Origin: Parcubacteria group bacterium
Lineage (GTDB): Bacteria; Patescibacteriota; Minisyncoccia; Moranbacterales; GCA-2747515
DNA length: 64,000 nucleotides
Assembly: GCA_041660065.1 (NCBI GenBank)
Contig: JBAZXC010000001.1
Coordinates: 392,535-456,534 of the forward strand
Reading direction: 5' to 3'
The number at the start of each line of letters is the position of its first letter. Position 1 is the first letter of the stretch. Both the position numbers and the translations under genes were made by a program. Under the pieces are notes generated by a model. The model was given only the letters and a program-made list of their open reading frames with translations. It made no database searches and had not been told where the DNA came from. Below are positions 1 through 9,195 of this stretch, one piece after another.

Positions 1-226
1 TGCCCGTAAAATCGGTTTCGGTAAAATTGCATCCATTGAATACGCAATTGGAAATCTCAAAAGACTCCCGTTTTTCCCCGGACCAATCTTCTTTTTGGAT
101 CGTTTGATCTTCAATGATGTTTTGCATATACGTAATTCGATTATATCATGACGCAAGATCTAACTTCAATAATACAAATAAAAGAGGTAGATTTCTCTAC
201 CTCCAGTAAGAATAATTCCTCCCTTT

Positions 227-511
227 TTACAGAAAACCGCTAGATCTGGCAATCCCAACCAAACCAACAAGAATCCAAAAAGTATTCAGTAAGGCGTAAG
301 CCTTATCCCGCTTCAGAATCGAACACCATGATAATAAAGCCGCATCAGTCGTGTTAAATATCCACACAAACATAAAAGGGCTTTGCGGTCCAAGCCAACT
401 CACTAGTGAAAAACTGAATATGCGCATTGAAACTCCGACCATTTCCAGAGTTTTAATGTTGTTAAGTACAAATGCATTTAATACTTCTACAACATGCCTA
501 AGTCTGCTCAT
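227..511 (-). CDS. hypothetical small membrane protein
   Basis: 94-aa ORF with two hydrophobic segments. No recognisable family. Confidence 0.3.
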   Translation of the reverse strand: MSRLRHVVEVLNAFVLNNIKTLEMVGVSMRIFSFSLVSWLGPQSPFMFVWIFNTTDAALLSWCSILKRDKAYALLNTFWILVGLVGIARSSGFL

Positions 512-841
512 TGTGCCTCCTTTTGTCTGATTTCTATTAAGGTACTTCTTACTATTAGACTAATGTATAAATGCTAACGTGACAAGTTTTGAGTGATAAA
601 AACTCACAACAATAACTCAAAGATCTTACATTGTCAGTAACTTCCACTTAGTGCACAAAAAAGATAATTGCACAAGATATCGCGCAAATATTTATTTCAA
701 TTCATGCCAAATCAAACTAAAAAATAATTATTTATTTGTTCATAATCTATATTTTTTCCAACAATAGTCTTGGCACCGCAAAATTTACAGAACCCACTTT
801 CTTCTAAAATTTGTTTTCCGCAATTTTCACAGAATATATTT

Positions 842-1453
842 TTATGCTAATTGATTACCACAAAATTTACAGAAGTTTCCTTCAAAATTAATTTTTTTTC
901 CACAATTATGACAGAACCTTTTACCCTCAAGAAAATTTTCATCTGTATTTACTGGTTGAATATTATCCTGTTTGTCGGATTTGTTTCTTTTTTTCCTTTC
1001 ATTCTCTATCTTAATTGCTCCATACAGAGGGGCAACAAGTATGAGCCACCAAACTAAAACCATAAAAACTCCTTTTCCATTAAGCGCGATGAGTTGGTAT
1101 CCTTTTTCGATTGTCCATAAAATTATTCCAAGATACATCGCCCATCTGTGCCCCTTATATATAAAAAAGAGAACAGGTATATAAATTATCAAACTATAAA
1201 GAACATCAGCTAGGGGCATAATATCAAAATATCCAAGGATCAGAGATGCTATTATAATTCCCCCAAGAATTAAAGTGGCCTGTCCTCTTTTTGACCTTGT
1301 CATACCTAATTCGTCATACTTTTCTACTTGCATTTTGAATTCTCTCTCTGCTTTTTCACTCGCTTGTTTTTTTTCTTCATCTTTTTCTTCTTGCAACTGT
1401 AATTTAAATGATTTCATAAATAGAGAGTTTATTACAAATAAAAAACAGCCCAA
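842..1453 (-). CDS. membrane protein with C-terminal zinc-ribbon (CxxC-x10-CxxC)
   Basis: 203 aa with several TM helices, a Lys/Glu-rich N-terminus, and a C-terminal CHNCGKKINFEGNFCKFCG zinc ribbon. Start codon is ambiguous. Confidence 0.5.
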   Translation of the reverse strand: MGCFLFVINSLFMKSFKLQLQEEKDEEKKQASEKAEREFKMQVEKYDELGMTRSKRGQATLILGGIIIASLILGYFDIMPLADVLYSLIIYIPVLFFIYKGHRWAMYLGIILWTIEKGYQLIALNGKGVFMVLVWWLILVAPLYGAIKIENERKKRNKSDKQDNIQPVNTDENFLEGKRFCHNCGKKINFEGNFCKFCGNQLA

Positions 1454-1812
1454 AAAAGACTGTCGGCATCAAAAATGTGGTTTTGTGTTTTTCGCAAAAA
1501 CATTGAATTGCAACTTTTTAATATTAATCTATTTTAAAAATAGCACTTAGTTGGGAAAATGCAAGTTTTTTTATTCAAAGAATGAAAATTAGTTCGACTC
1601 AAACCAGACCAAATCAAACTAAAAAATTCCATATGACTATAGCATCCTTTTCACACCATCCCGGTCTAGTACCTCCTTTTAGACAATTTTAAGAGGTTTT
1701 TTGACCTTTTTGGATGAGTATCGATCTTTGTCAAATGAGACAAATGAGACACTGCAATAGTATGAAGTCTCATTCACAAAAATTTGACTTATCAGATTAA
1801 TTGTTACAATAG

Positions 1813-2673
1813 TCACGAAATTCTTTCGTCTAAACGCGAAAATAGATTACTAACCATGATCAGCCTACCAAGTGCCTCATGATGCGGCATTTGCTCCTCA
1901 TCTCCATGACTTAGATTATTACGCCACCAAGTCATCAAACCCATTGTCGTAAGCCTAAAACCCATTTGTTCATTAATTTCCTGAGCTGTTTCAAGATTAT
2001 TAAGCTTAATTTTTGGATCATTCTCATTAAACACATTAGCCATCAGTTTTTGTCCATCCATTTTTTTTAACAAAGATAAGTCCTGCACTGTTTTTTCAAA
2101 TTTCTCTAAAGATTTTCTAACAGCTTCATTTAAATGACCATCCACAAACATTTTCTTGCAATCAGGCAAAAGTGTTGGATGCAGAGGAAACGTATCAAGA
2201 ATTTTTTGTACTGCTATTGGTGGTGGAACGATTTTTGGTCTTTGAGTTGGAAGTTTTAATTCTTTAATTTCTTTTTTTAAATCAACTCCTAGTAGAAACA
2301 ATTGACTTGCAAGCTCAGAGGCTTCTTGTTCCAAAATTGGATTTCCTTCCGAATGTCTCTTTTCAATAGCCCTTGGAAGAATTTCGCGAACAATTAACTT
2401 TAAGGTTCGAGGTTTCTCTTTAATAAGATTCCTTATAAAAACAGAAAATGCTTCCTTCTTATTTACTTTTTTTGGAATATATTCCACAAGCCCTCGTGTT
2501 TTTGCAATCGTCATAAGGGAAAATGAGCTTCTATACCCATCTAACGGAATAAGTCTTCCTAACTGTTCAGCGAGGATGCGTATGTTTTGAATATTCGCAG
2601 CGGATAGCATTTTGAATTTTCGCACTTTATTTTTTTTCGAAACAGTCTTGTGATTGCTTTTTCCTAATTTCAT
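1813..2673 (-). CDS. hypothetical protein with C-terminal Abi_C/TIGR02391-like (HEPN-like Rx4H) region
   Basis: 286 aa. The C-terminal roughly 120 aa carry a WRNNLSHG motif (Rx4H) followed by SNLFSRLDE, resembling the HEPN-type Abi_C/TIGR02391 pattern. 66-bp gap to the upstream 409-aa gene on the same strand. The family assignment is from memory, not a search. Confidence 0.4.
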   Translation of the reverse strand: MKLGKSNHKTVSKKNKVRKFKMLSAANIQNIRILAEQLGRLIPLDGYRSSFSLMTIAKTRGLVEYIPKKVNKKEAFSVFIRNLIKEKPRTLKLIVREILPRAIEKRHSEGNPILEQEASELASQLFLLGVDLKKEIKELKLPTQRPKIVPPPIAVQKILDTFPLHPTLLPDCKKMFVDGHLNEAVRKSLEKFEKTVQDLSLLKKMDGQKLMANVFNENDPKIKLNNLETAQEINEQMGFRLTTMGLMTWWRNNLSHGDEEQMPHHEALGRLIMVSNLFSRLDERIS

Positions 2674-2739
2674 AATTTCTTAAACTATTATATGGTTACA
2701 TAAAATCCCGAGACACCTTAGTGACTCGGGATTTTTTTG

Positions 2740-3969
2740 CTATTTTTTCGCCAACTTCTCCTGCAAGGAATGAATGATCACGGTATTTGCAATATTCTGC
2801 CAAAGCACCTTGCTCTTTCCAGTTTTATTAGGGTTACTATTATATTCCCTAGTATGAGCTTCCAAAACTTGTGAGACTATCTTAGATCCGTGCTTATCAA
2901 GAAATTCCTTCGGATCAATCACCCATACATAACATCCATTCTTCTCTTCCAATAGAAATCGAAGGGCTGCAAAAATCGGCATGGAAAAACCCTTTGATAG
3001 TTTATATCCAACAGTCTTGTTTGAGAATGGAAGCTTCACGGTAACAGGCTTCTTGTTATCTCCCCTTCCACGATATTTTTCAACACCGTTTATACCGCCA
3101 AATTTCTTTACACCAACCTCCTTTGCATAACTCTCAAATTTCGAATAGAGGTGCTCATATGTTTCAAGAATTGAGGGGAGTAGCTTATAAAGTTTTTCAT
3201 ACGTAGGTCTGTTTTTTTTATTCAACCATTTAGTAAAACAGGTAGATATTCCGGTATAAGCAACTGTTGGCTGGCTACTACTATCATACAGATCCTTATT
3301 CAAAGCAGTTAGTAGGGCGAGCAATTCCTCTATGGGAAACATCGCCTCATCGCTATCCAAGTTCTCATTCTCAAAATAAATTACCTTTTGACTATAACCA
3401 CCTAGCGCATCCTTGATAGGTAAAAATTCATTATCAAGATTAACTATAGACTTTTCAGTCACCTGAACACTGGTATTCCTTGCTCTTGCCAATTTGGTAG
3501 CAAACCCCTCAGCACCTTCAACAACAGTAATAAATATAGGAAGATCCTCTAATGATTCATCCTCCATTTTCTTCTTTAGAACCGCGTATGTATGTCCACC
3601 ATCAACTAATCCTCCTTTTGGATTTCCGTCTTCATCCACCCCAAAATCAACCAGGATTTTCTTTTCGTCCCCATCTACATTTGGATAGTAGACTTTTTCA
3701 GCAATCAAGACAAGCCCCCTATTGCAGTCTGTAAAATACTCTGGCTCTTGCTCTAACGTGTCAATCATCTGTCGACAAGGCTTTGCGTTAATATCGGGTT
3801 TTCTAGGATTCGGGGTGGTTGGAAAATTATTAGGTAAGTTTTTAAGCAAAATAAAAAGGAAATGAGTTTTAATAACATCGTTTCCCTCAGGATCGTAATA
3901 GTTTAATTTTCTTCCGATTGTTCTTGCTTGAGAGTAGTTAAACTCCAAGACTTGCTTTGTCTGTGACAT
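2740..3969 (-). CDS. hypothetical protein, AIPR-like / ParB-DGQHR-like putative abortive-infection protein
   Basis: 409 aa. N-terminal region has a GLVDGGHTY motif reminiscent of DGQHR/ParB-like or AIPR nuclease-type motifs. Sits beside the tRNA island. The family call is tentative. Confidence 0.35.
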   Translation of the reverse strand: MSQTKQVLEFNYSQARTIGRKLNYYDPEGNDVIKTHFLFILLKNLPNNFPTTPNPRKPDINAKPCRQMIDTLEQEPEYFTDCNRGLVLIAEKVYYPNVDGDEKKILVDFGVDEDGNPKGGLVDGGHTYAVLKKKMEDESLEDLPIFITVVEGAEGFATKLARARNTSVQVTEKSIVNLDNEFLPIKDALGGYSQKVIYFENENLDSDEAMFPIEELLALLTALNKDLYDSSSQPTVAYTGISTCFTKWLNKKNRPTYEKLYKLLPSILETYEHLYSKFESYAKEVGVKKFGGINGVEKYRGRGDNKKPVTVKLPFSNKTVGYKLSKGFSMPIFAALRFLLEEKNGCYVWVIDPKEFLDKHGSKIVSQVLEAHTREYNSNPNKTGKSKVLWQNIANTVIIHSLQEKLAKK

Positions 3970-4114
3970 AGTTTTGTCATTAAAATTAGTTAATTTTTCG
4001 CTTCGCTGAAAGCAATATTACTTCAGTTAGCTGAACTTGCGGTAAGATTACCTGCAAATCTAATACGAGTATAACAAAAATATTTCAACTTGTCAATATC
4101 TCTTTTCTTTCATC

Positions 4115-4213
4115 TGCACGGGATGTAGGAATCGAACCTACGCCAAAGGTTTTGGAGACCTCTATACTACACCTGTCACTCACGAGTGACGGGTCGGACA
4201 CTATACGAATCAT
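4115..4213 (-). pseudogene. tRNA-Trp pseudo-copy (29-nt hairpin insertion in D-loop, 5' acceptor strand lost)
   Basis: Identical to the intact tRNA-Trp through the anticodon arm (CCA), T-arm and 3' acceptor strand. The D-loop carries the insert acctgtcactcacgagtgacgggtcggac. The 5' acceptor is replaced by aatgatt. Confidence 0.7.
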
Positions 4214-4216
4214 TTG

Positions 4217-4287
4217 CACGGGATGTAGGAATCGAACCTACGCCAAAGGTTTTGGAGACCTCTATACTACCACTATACGAATCCCGC
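4217..4287 (-). tRNA. tRNA-Trp (anticodon CCA)
   Basis: Cloverleaf folded by hand. Acceptor GCGGGAT/ATCCCGT with G1-U72. Anticodon stem GAGGT/ACCTT. Loop CUCCAAA. T-arm GTAGG-TTCGATT-CCTAC. No encoded CCA. Confidence 0.8.
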
Positions 4288-4295
4288 AATTTTTA

Positions 4296-4550
4296 TTATT
4301 TTAAACCCAATCTCTTCATTAAACTCATATATACCGAACCGCTTGTTTTTAATCCCTTCTCCCTATTACGTGCCAACTGTTCATTTTCAAATGCTTCATA
4401 ATAGATCAGTTCCGGTTTTTTGTTCTTTGTGGTGTTATTTTGTCCTGCACAATGTTGCGCGAGACGTTTACGCAAATCAGCTGTATATCCAATGTAAAAC
4501 TCCTTATCGCCACACTTTTGCAATTTTAGCACATACACATAGTACATCAC
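4296..4550 (-). CDS. GIY-YIG domain nuclease (small YhbQ/UPF0213-like)
   Basis: 84 aa. YVYVLKL...FYIGYTADLRKRLAQH is a canonical GIY-YIG motif. Confidence 0.8.
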   Translation of the reverse strand: MMYYVYVLKLQKCGDKEFYIGYTADLRKRLAQHCAGQNNTTKNKKPELIYYEAFENEQLARNREKGLKTSGSVYMSLMKRLGLK

Positions 4551-4568
4551 AATTTGAATTTATTTCAC

Positions 4569-4629
4569 AGGAGACCTCTATTGCACCTGTCACTCACGAG
4601 TGACGGGTCGGACACTATACGAATCCCGC
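4569..4629 (-). pseudogene. tRNA-Trp 5' fragment (acceptor + D-arm with the same 29-nt insertion, truncated after anticodon-stem 5' strand)
   Basis: Reverse complement reads GCGGGATTCGTATAGTG, then the same insert, then CAATAGAGGTCTCC, then diverges. Confidence 0.65.
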
Positions 4630-4731
4630 CTGCCTAAATCTTGTAAAAAAATTGTAGCCGTCACGCCATTCTCACCATTCATCTTTATACCAAAATGTCT
4701 TTACATACTTGCAGTACAAGATTTTGGCAGG
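4629..4731. repeat. extended palindromic element with CCTGCC...GGCAGG terminal inverted repeats (17 of 17 with 1 mismatch)
   Basis: cctgcctaaatcttgta ... tacaagattttggcagg. Abuts the 5' end of the tRNA-Trp fragment. Confidence 0.5.
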
Positions 4732-4785
4732 CACGCCGTATCCACATTCTATTGTAACGATTATTTCATTTTTTGTCACATTCTG

Positions 4786-4858
4786 AGCCCACGAGCAGAA
4801 TTGAACTGCTGGCCTTTTCCTTACCATGGAAATGCTCTACCATCTGAGCTACGTGGGC
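4786..4858 (-). tRNA. tRNA-Thr (anticodon GGT)
   Basis: GCCCACG acceptor. Anticodon stem TTTCC/GGAAA with loop AUGGUAA. T-loop TTCAATT. Confidence 0.8.
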
Positions 4859-4982
4859 ACAATCCTTTACAGATAAAGCCGACACTTTACAGTAATCGGC
4901 CGCATCCGCTATGTCTTCCTCTGTATTTCTTTCGTTTGGGTTTACACTGAGCAAGTCCCTACTTGTGGGACGAGTCGACGTG

Positions 4983-5065
4983 TGGGCCGGGAGGGATTTG
5001 AACCCCCGAAGACCGAAGTCGCCTGATTTACAGTCAGGTGCATTTGACCACTCTGCCACCGACCC
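4983..5065 (-). tRNA. tRNA-Tyr (anticodon GTA), long variable arm
   Basis: Acceptor GGGTCGG/CCGGCCC. Anticodon stem CCTGA/TCAGG with loop CUGUAAA. Long variable arm. T-loop TTCAAAT. Confidence 0.8.
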
Positions 5066-5142
5066 AGTTCAATATCAAATATAAAAAATGAAGAATCAAA
5101 AATATTTTTGATATTTGATTTTTCATCTTTAATTTAATACTG

Positions 5143-5215
5143 AGCCACTTGTCAGACTCGAACTGACGACCTGCGGTTTACAAAACCGATGCTCTACCAA
5201 TTGAGCTAAAGTGGC
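5143..5215 (-). tRNA. tRNA-Thr (anticodon TGT)
   Basis: Acceptor GCCACTT/AAGTGGC. Anticodon loop UUUGUAA. T-loop TTCGAGT. Confidence 0.8.
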
Positions 5216-5447
5216 ATACTTTTTTATAATGTCCTCGTTAAACGTTTTCTCAAATCTTTCTTTTCATCACTACTTTTGAGAAACTTTTCTCTATTCATTG
5301 TTTCTTCTTTGTGTAGATATGCCTCATAACAAATTAATACCACTAGATTCCCGTTTTCACGGGAATGACACTAAAAAATCAACATTAAACAAACCCTTTC
5401 CGTATCAGTATACACTGACAGAAAAAAATAATCAACACGTCTCAAGC

Positions 5448-5987
5448 CTATAGGACACGATCAAGGTTTTTCATTGCAACTTGTGCGCGCTTGTGTCGAG
5501 GATCCAGACGTAACACATATTTGTAACACTCTCGCGCATCTGCAAATTGTTCGTGTTCCATGTAGTAATCCCCCAATTTCTCGTATTTTTTACTGTCTTG
5601 TGGCGCCTCCTCGATCTCGGTCATCAGTGCCAGCTCTTCAGGATCTCTCGTTTCGCCGTTCTCGATCTTATCACTTACCATGCTCTTCTTCCGAAGGGTG
5701 ACGATCTTGTCACCGCTTCCATTGCTTGATCCTGCATATGCCGTTTTTGCATCTTGCGTGCTATGACGATCTTTCCATGAGAGACTGTTTTTGATCCGTT
5801 GCGATGCCCCTTCGCTTGCGCCACGCAAATACCTCTTCCCCGAGCTGAAGTGCTGTCGGATCCCTTTGTGCTCTTGCAAAACAAAATTGCCAGAATCACG
5901 ATCTTTCGATGATACTTTTGTAAGAAAAATGATCAAAATCGCTACAGCAAAAACGATAATTATGGGCGGGACAATCAAATAAATCAT
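5448..5987 (-). CDS. membrane-anchored TPR-like repeat protein
   Basis: 179 aa. N-terminal TM helix. The C-terminal segment (YYMEHEQFADARECYKYVLRLDP) is TPR-like. Confidence 0.4.
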   Translation of the reverse strand: MIYLIVPPIIIVFAVAILIIFLTKVSSKDRDSGNFVLQEHKGIRQHFSSGKRYLRGASEGASQRIKNSLSWKDRHSTQDAKTAYAGSSNGSGDKIVTLRKKSMVSDKIENGETRDPEELALMTEIEEAPQDSKKYEKLGDYYMEHEQFADARECYKYVLRLDPRHKRAQVAMKNLDRVL

Positions 5988-6031
5988 AACAGTTATTACA
6001 AAATGTATTTACACCTAATCCAATAATACAT

Positions 6032-6616
6032 TTAGAATGCAAAACGTGCAAATTCCCCAATCTCGATCTTTTCACCGATCTTTGCGATATGTTCAGTGAG
6101 GTACTCTTCCACTGTTTTATCCGGCTGTTTGACAAAGGATTGTGTCAAAAGTGCGAGTTCCCCGCGCAATTTTTGCTCTTTTCCCGCCATGATCTTTTCC
6201 ATGATATCCGCCGGCTTGCCCTCATTTTTCAGTTGTGCGGTCCAAATTTCCCGCTCTTTGGCGACGAAATCACTGTCCACATCTTCCGGTCGCAGGCATT
6301 GTGGAGCGCTTGCAGTAATATGCATCGCGATGTCGCTGGCAAATTTTTGGAAATCCGCATTACGCGCAACAAAATCCGTCTCACACAAGACTTTTACCAT
6401 CGCACCCATTTTTTGATTGGAGTGTACATACGTGCCAATGATACCCTCACGTGCATCACGCGTGGCTTTTTTTAGCGCCTTACTCTGTCCACTTTTACGC
6501 AAGATCTCAATTGTCTTCGCTTCATCTCCCTTTGCCTCATCAAGTGCTTTTTTTACATCAACAATTCCTGCGCCTGTTTGTTCACGGATTTTTTTTATTT
6601 GTTCTAATGTGCTCAT
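6032..6616 (-). CDS. tsf: translation elongation factor Ts (short form)
   Basis: N-terminal UBA-like domain (IKKIREQTGAGIVDVKKAL) and conserved core. 194 aa. Confidence 0.85.
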   Translation of the reverse strand: MSTLEQIKKIREQTGAGIVDVKKALDEAKGDEAKTIEILRKSGQSKALKKATRDAREGIIGTYVHSNQKMGAMVKVLCETDFVARNADFQKFASDIAMHITASAPQCLRPEDVDSDFVAKEREIWTAQLKNEGKPADIMEKIMAGKEQKLRGELALLTQSFVKQPDKTVEEYLTEHIAKIGEKIEIGEFARFAF

Positions 6617-6674
6617 ATAGCTTTGAATTTTAGAATTTTGAATAGAAAATTTTATCCTCTCCCGTTATCTACAT

Positions 6675-7433
6675 TTATCGCAACGCTTTACAAAAATGCG
6701 CCAAAATCATCGTCAGTGAAGAGATGGCATCGTCATTTGCAGGGATTGGATATGCAATACCCTCTGGATTGACGTTTGTATCCGCCAAAGCGATCACGGG
6801 GATCTTCATATGCATTGCTTCGCGAATCGCAAGTTTGTCCAATTCGACATCCGTCACAAAAATCGCGCCCGGCAGGTCTTTCATGTCTGCAATACCTCCC
6901 ATACGACGATCCAGTTTTTGCGCTTCTTCTATTTTTTTCATTTGCTCAAATTTCGTGTATTTTTTTATCTCACCTTTTTCGATCTGTTCTTGCAAACGCA
7001 CCATGTATCTGGTACGGCGACGAATATTGCTGAAATTGGTGAATGTGCCCCCAAGCCATCTCTCTACAACAAACGGATTACCTGTATATTTTGCAATATC
7101 GGTCACGAGGTCATGCGCTTGTCTCTTTGTGCCTACAAAGAGAATTTGTTTACCACTCTTTTTTACTGAAGCAATAAATGCCAACGCCTCTTTCATTCGT
7201 TCAACCGTCTTTGCAAGATCAATGATGTTGATATTGTTTCGTGTCGTATAGATGTATTGATCCATGCGCGGATTGCGACGTGATTTTTGATGACCAAAAT
7301 GAACACCCGCTTTGAGGAGTGATGCCATCGTTAGGTCAAGACTATTGAGATCGATCGTCTCAAAAATGTTCTTTCGTGGAGTTTTTGATTCCACGACACC
7401 GTCTTCTGTCTTTATGGTCTTCTTTCGTGCCAT
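6675..7433 (-). CDS. rpsB: 30S ribosomal protein S2
   Basis: HFGHQKSRRNPRM and typical S2 core. Immediately upstream of tsf. Confidence 0.9.
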   Translation of the reverse strand: MARKKTIKTEDGVVESKTPRKNIFETIDLNSLDLTMASLLKAGVHFGHQKSRRNPRMDQYIYTTRNNINIIDLAKTVERMKEALAFIASVKKSGKQILFVGTKRQAHDLVTDIAKYTGNPFVVERWLGGTFTNFSNIRRRTRYMVRLQEQIEKGEIKKYTKFEQMKKIEEAQKLDRRMGGIADMKDLPGAIFVTDVELDKLAIREAMHMKIPVIALADTNVNPEGIAYPIPANDDAISSLTMILAHFCKALR

Positions 7434-7650
7434 ATGTTTTATCCTTAAAAATTATACGCATATATCACCGATGCAACCCTTACCGGATCGGGACGAAAAA
7501 ATCCTGCCGGCAGGAATGGATTGCGTGAATATACGCTTGATAAATAATGCACCAATATTAGCGCATAATCAGACCCTTGTCAATTTTTGTTTCTTATGTT
7601 AGGCTGTGTGGAGTATATTAAGTACATATTAACCACTTGACGCACATCCT

Positions 7651-7941
7651 ATGAAAAAAGGCACTCATCCAAAATATTATACACAAGCGATCGCAACATG
7701 TTCTTGCGGCGCAGTTTTTGAAGTTGGAAGCACGCGAGAAAAAATTTCCATTGAAACATGCTCGCAATGCCATCCAATCTACACAGGCAAGCAAAAAATC
7801 GTTGATGCGACAGGACGCGTTGACCGATTCAAAAAACTTGCAGAAAAAACGCAAAAGGCGAAAGAATCACGCAAAGTGGCAAAAAAAGTAGCAGTAAAAA
7901 AAGTGGTAAAATCAAAGAAAAAGATCAAGACTGCTGCGTAG
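7651..7941 (+). CDS. rpmE: 50S ribosomal protein L31 with Lys-rich C-terminal extension
   Basis: [10 protein letters not shown]...CSCG...[10 protein letters not shown] zinc-ribbon L31 core plus a roughly 30-aa K/A-rich tail. Confidence 0.85.
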   Translation: MKKGTHPKYYTQAIATCSCGAVFEVGSTREKISIETCSQCHPIYTGKQKIVDATGRVDRFKKLAEKTQKAKESRKVAKKVAVKKVVKSKKKIKTAA

Positions 7942-7954
7942 CGATACTTCCCAA

Positions 7955-7992
7955 AAAACACCGCCTTTTCTATGTCGGTGTTTTTATTTTGA
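7955..7992 (+). terminator. rho-independent terminator after rpmE
   Basis: Hairpin acaccg...cggtgt followed by a T-run. Confidence 0.5.
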
Positions 7993-8040
7993 CGACGTGA
8001 CCATTGTGCCATATAGTACATAGTAGAAAGAGAAATTGAA

Positions 8041-9132
8041 TTGAAAATTATGCAAGACATCATTGATAAAGTAAAAAAAGAATATCGTGAGATCGGCGAA
8101 GAACTCGCCAATCCGCTCATCGCACAAAACACAGAACGCATGATCGTTCTGAGCAAAAAACAGGCAGAGATGAATGCCGTGATCGCCAAGATCGATGAAT
8201 TCGAACATGTGGTCAATGCCATGAAAGAAAATGCCACGATCATCAATACAGAATCTGATCCGGAACTCACACAAATGGCTGTAGAGGATAATGTTTCTTT
8301 GGCACAAAAAAGCGAACAGCTGGGGAAAGAATTGGAAATACTCCTTTTGCCTGCAGATCCGCGCGACACCAAAAATGTTATCATGGAAATCCGTGCCGGT
8401 GCCGGCGGTGACGAGTCAGGTCTGTTTGCCACTGATTTGTTCCGTATGTATTTGCGTTTTGCCGAGATCAACAACTGGAAAACATCCATCCTCCATTCCA
8501 ACGTCACCGAAGTAGGGGGCTACAAAGAGGTGATTTTTGAGATCGAAGCGCCTGCCGGTGCCACGTCTGTTTACAAGCTCATGAAATATGAGTCCGGCGT
8601 TCACCGCGTACAGCGCGTACCAGAAACAGAAAAGCAAGGTCGCATCCACACATCTACCGCCACAGTCGCCGTTTTGCCGGAAGCAGAAGAGGTGGAGATC
8701 GACGTCAATGAAAAAGACCTCCGTATTGACACATTTGCGTCATCCGGTCCCGGCGGTCAAAGCGTCAATACGACAATGAGTGCGGTACGCATCACACATA
8801 TTCCCACCAATACAGTCGTTTCTTGCCAAGATGAAAAGTCTCAGCATAAAAATAAAGCAAAAGCGATGAAGGTGCTTCGATCGCGCCTCTTGCAACTCGA
8901 AGAAGAAAAATATGCCAAAGAGATCGGCGATGCGCGCCGAACCCAAGTGGGCACTGGTGACCGCAGTGAAAAGATCCGGACATACAATTTCCCGCAGGAC
9001 CGCATCACCGACCATCGCATCAAACAAAGCTGGAGCAATATAGAAAGCGTCCTCAATGGAAATCTCACCAATATTATTCGCGCACTGCAAGAAGAAGACA
9101 TCCGCATCAAACTTGCCAAACAGGCATCATAA
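8041..9132 (+). CDS. prfA: peptide chain release factor 1
   Basis: GGQ motif ([11 protein letters not shown]) and an RF1-type PxT tripeptide (PET in [12 protein letters not shown]). Confidence 0.85.
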   Translation: MKIMQDIIDKVKKEYREIGEELANPLIAQNTERMIVLSKKQAEMNAVIAKIDEFEHVVNAMKENATIINTESDPELTQMAVEDNVSLAQKSEQLGKELEILLLPADPRDTKNVIMEIRAGAGGDESGLFATDLFRMYLRFAEINNWKTSILHSNVTEVGGYKEVIFEIEAPAGATSVYKLMKYESGVHRVQRVPETEKQGRIHTSTATVAVLPEAEEVEIDVNEKDLRIDTFASSGPGGQSVNTTMSAVRITHIPTNTVVSCQDEKSQHKNKAKAMKVLRSRLLQLEEEKYAKEIGDARRTQVGTGDRSEKIRTYNFPQDRITDHRIKQSWSNIESVLNGNLTNIIRALQEEDIRIKLAKQAS

Positions 9133-9154
9133 AACTCTTCGGAGATCTTACAAA

Positions 9155-9195
9155 AAAACGCTCCTCCCGTTATGGGAAGGAGCGTTTGTTTTACG
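9155..9195 (+). terminator. rho-independent terminator after prfA
   Basis: aaacgctcctcccgttatgggaaggagcgttt hairpin plus T-run. Confidence 0.55.

Noticed and set aside
4115-4290. Possible CRISPR-like array (100-nt periodic repeat)
   Set aside because: The repeated unit is a tRNA-Trp gene and its pseudo-copy, not a short direct repeat with unique spacers. No cas genes are in the window.
4600-5059. Track ORFs 4600..4950 (+), 4766..5059 (-) and 4343..4603 (+) over the tRNA island
   Set aside because: They overlap the well-folded tRNA-Thr and tRNA-Tyr genes and the GIY-YIG gene on the other strand. They have no RBS or domain signal. Treated as spurious.
5066-5142. AT-rich palindrome (tcaaaaatatttttga core) between tRNA-Tyr and tRNA-Thr
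   Set aside because: Low-complexity AT palindromes are expected by chance in AT-rich spacers. It may be a promoter or UP element, but I cannot support it further.
7779-8507. 242-aa antisense ORF overlapping prfA (similarly 19302..20114, 24674..25507, 26516..27280, 6724..7251, 10277..10717, 15956..16285)
   Set aside because: These are all on the strand opposite to strongly supported genes. They have low-complexity or odd composition and no motifs. They are typical shadow ORFs.
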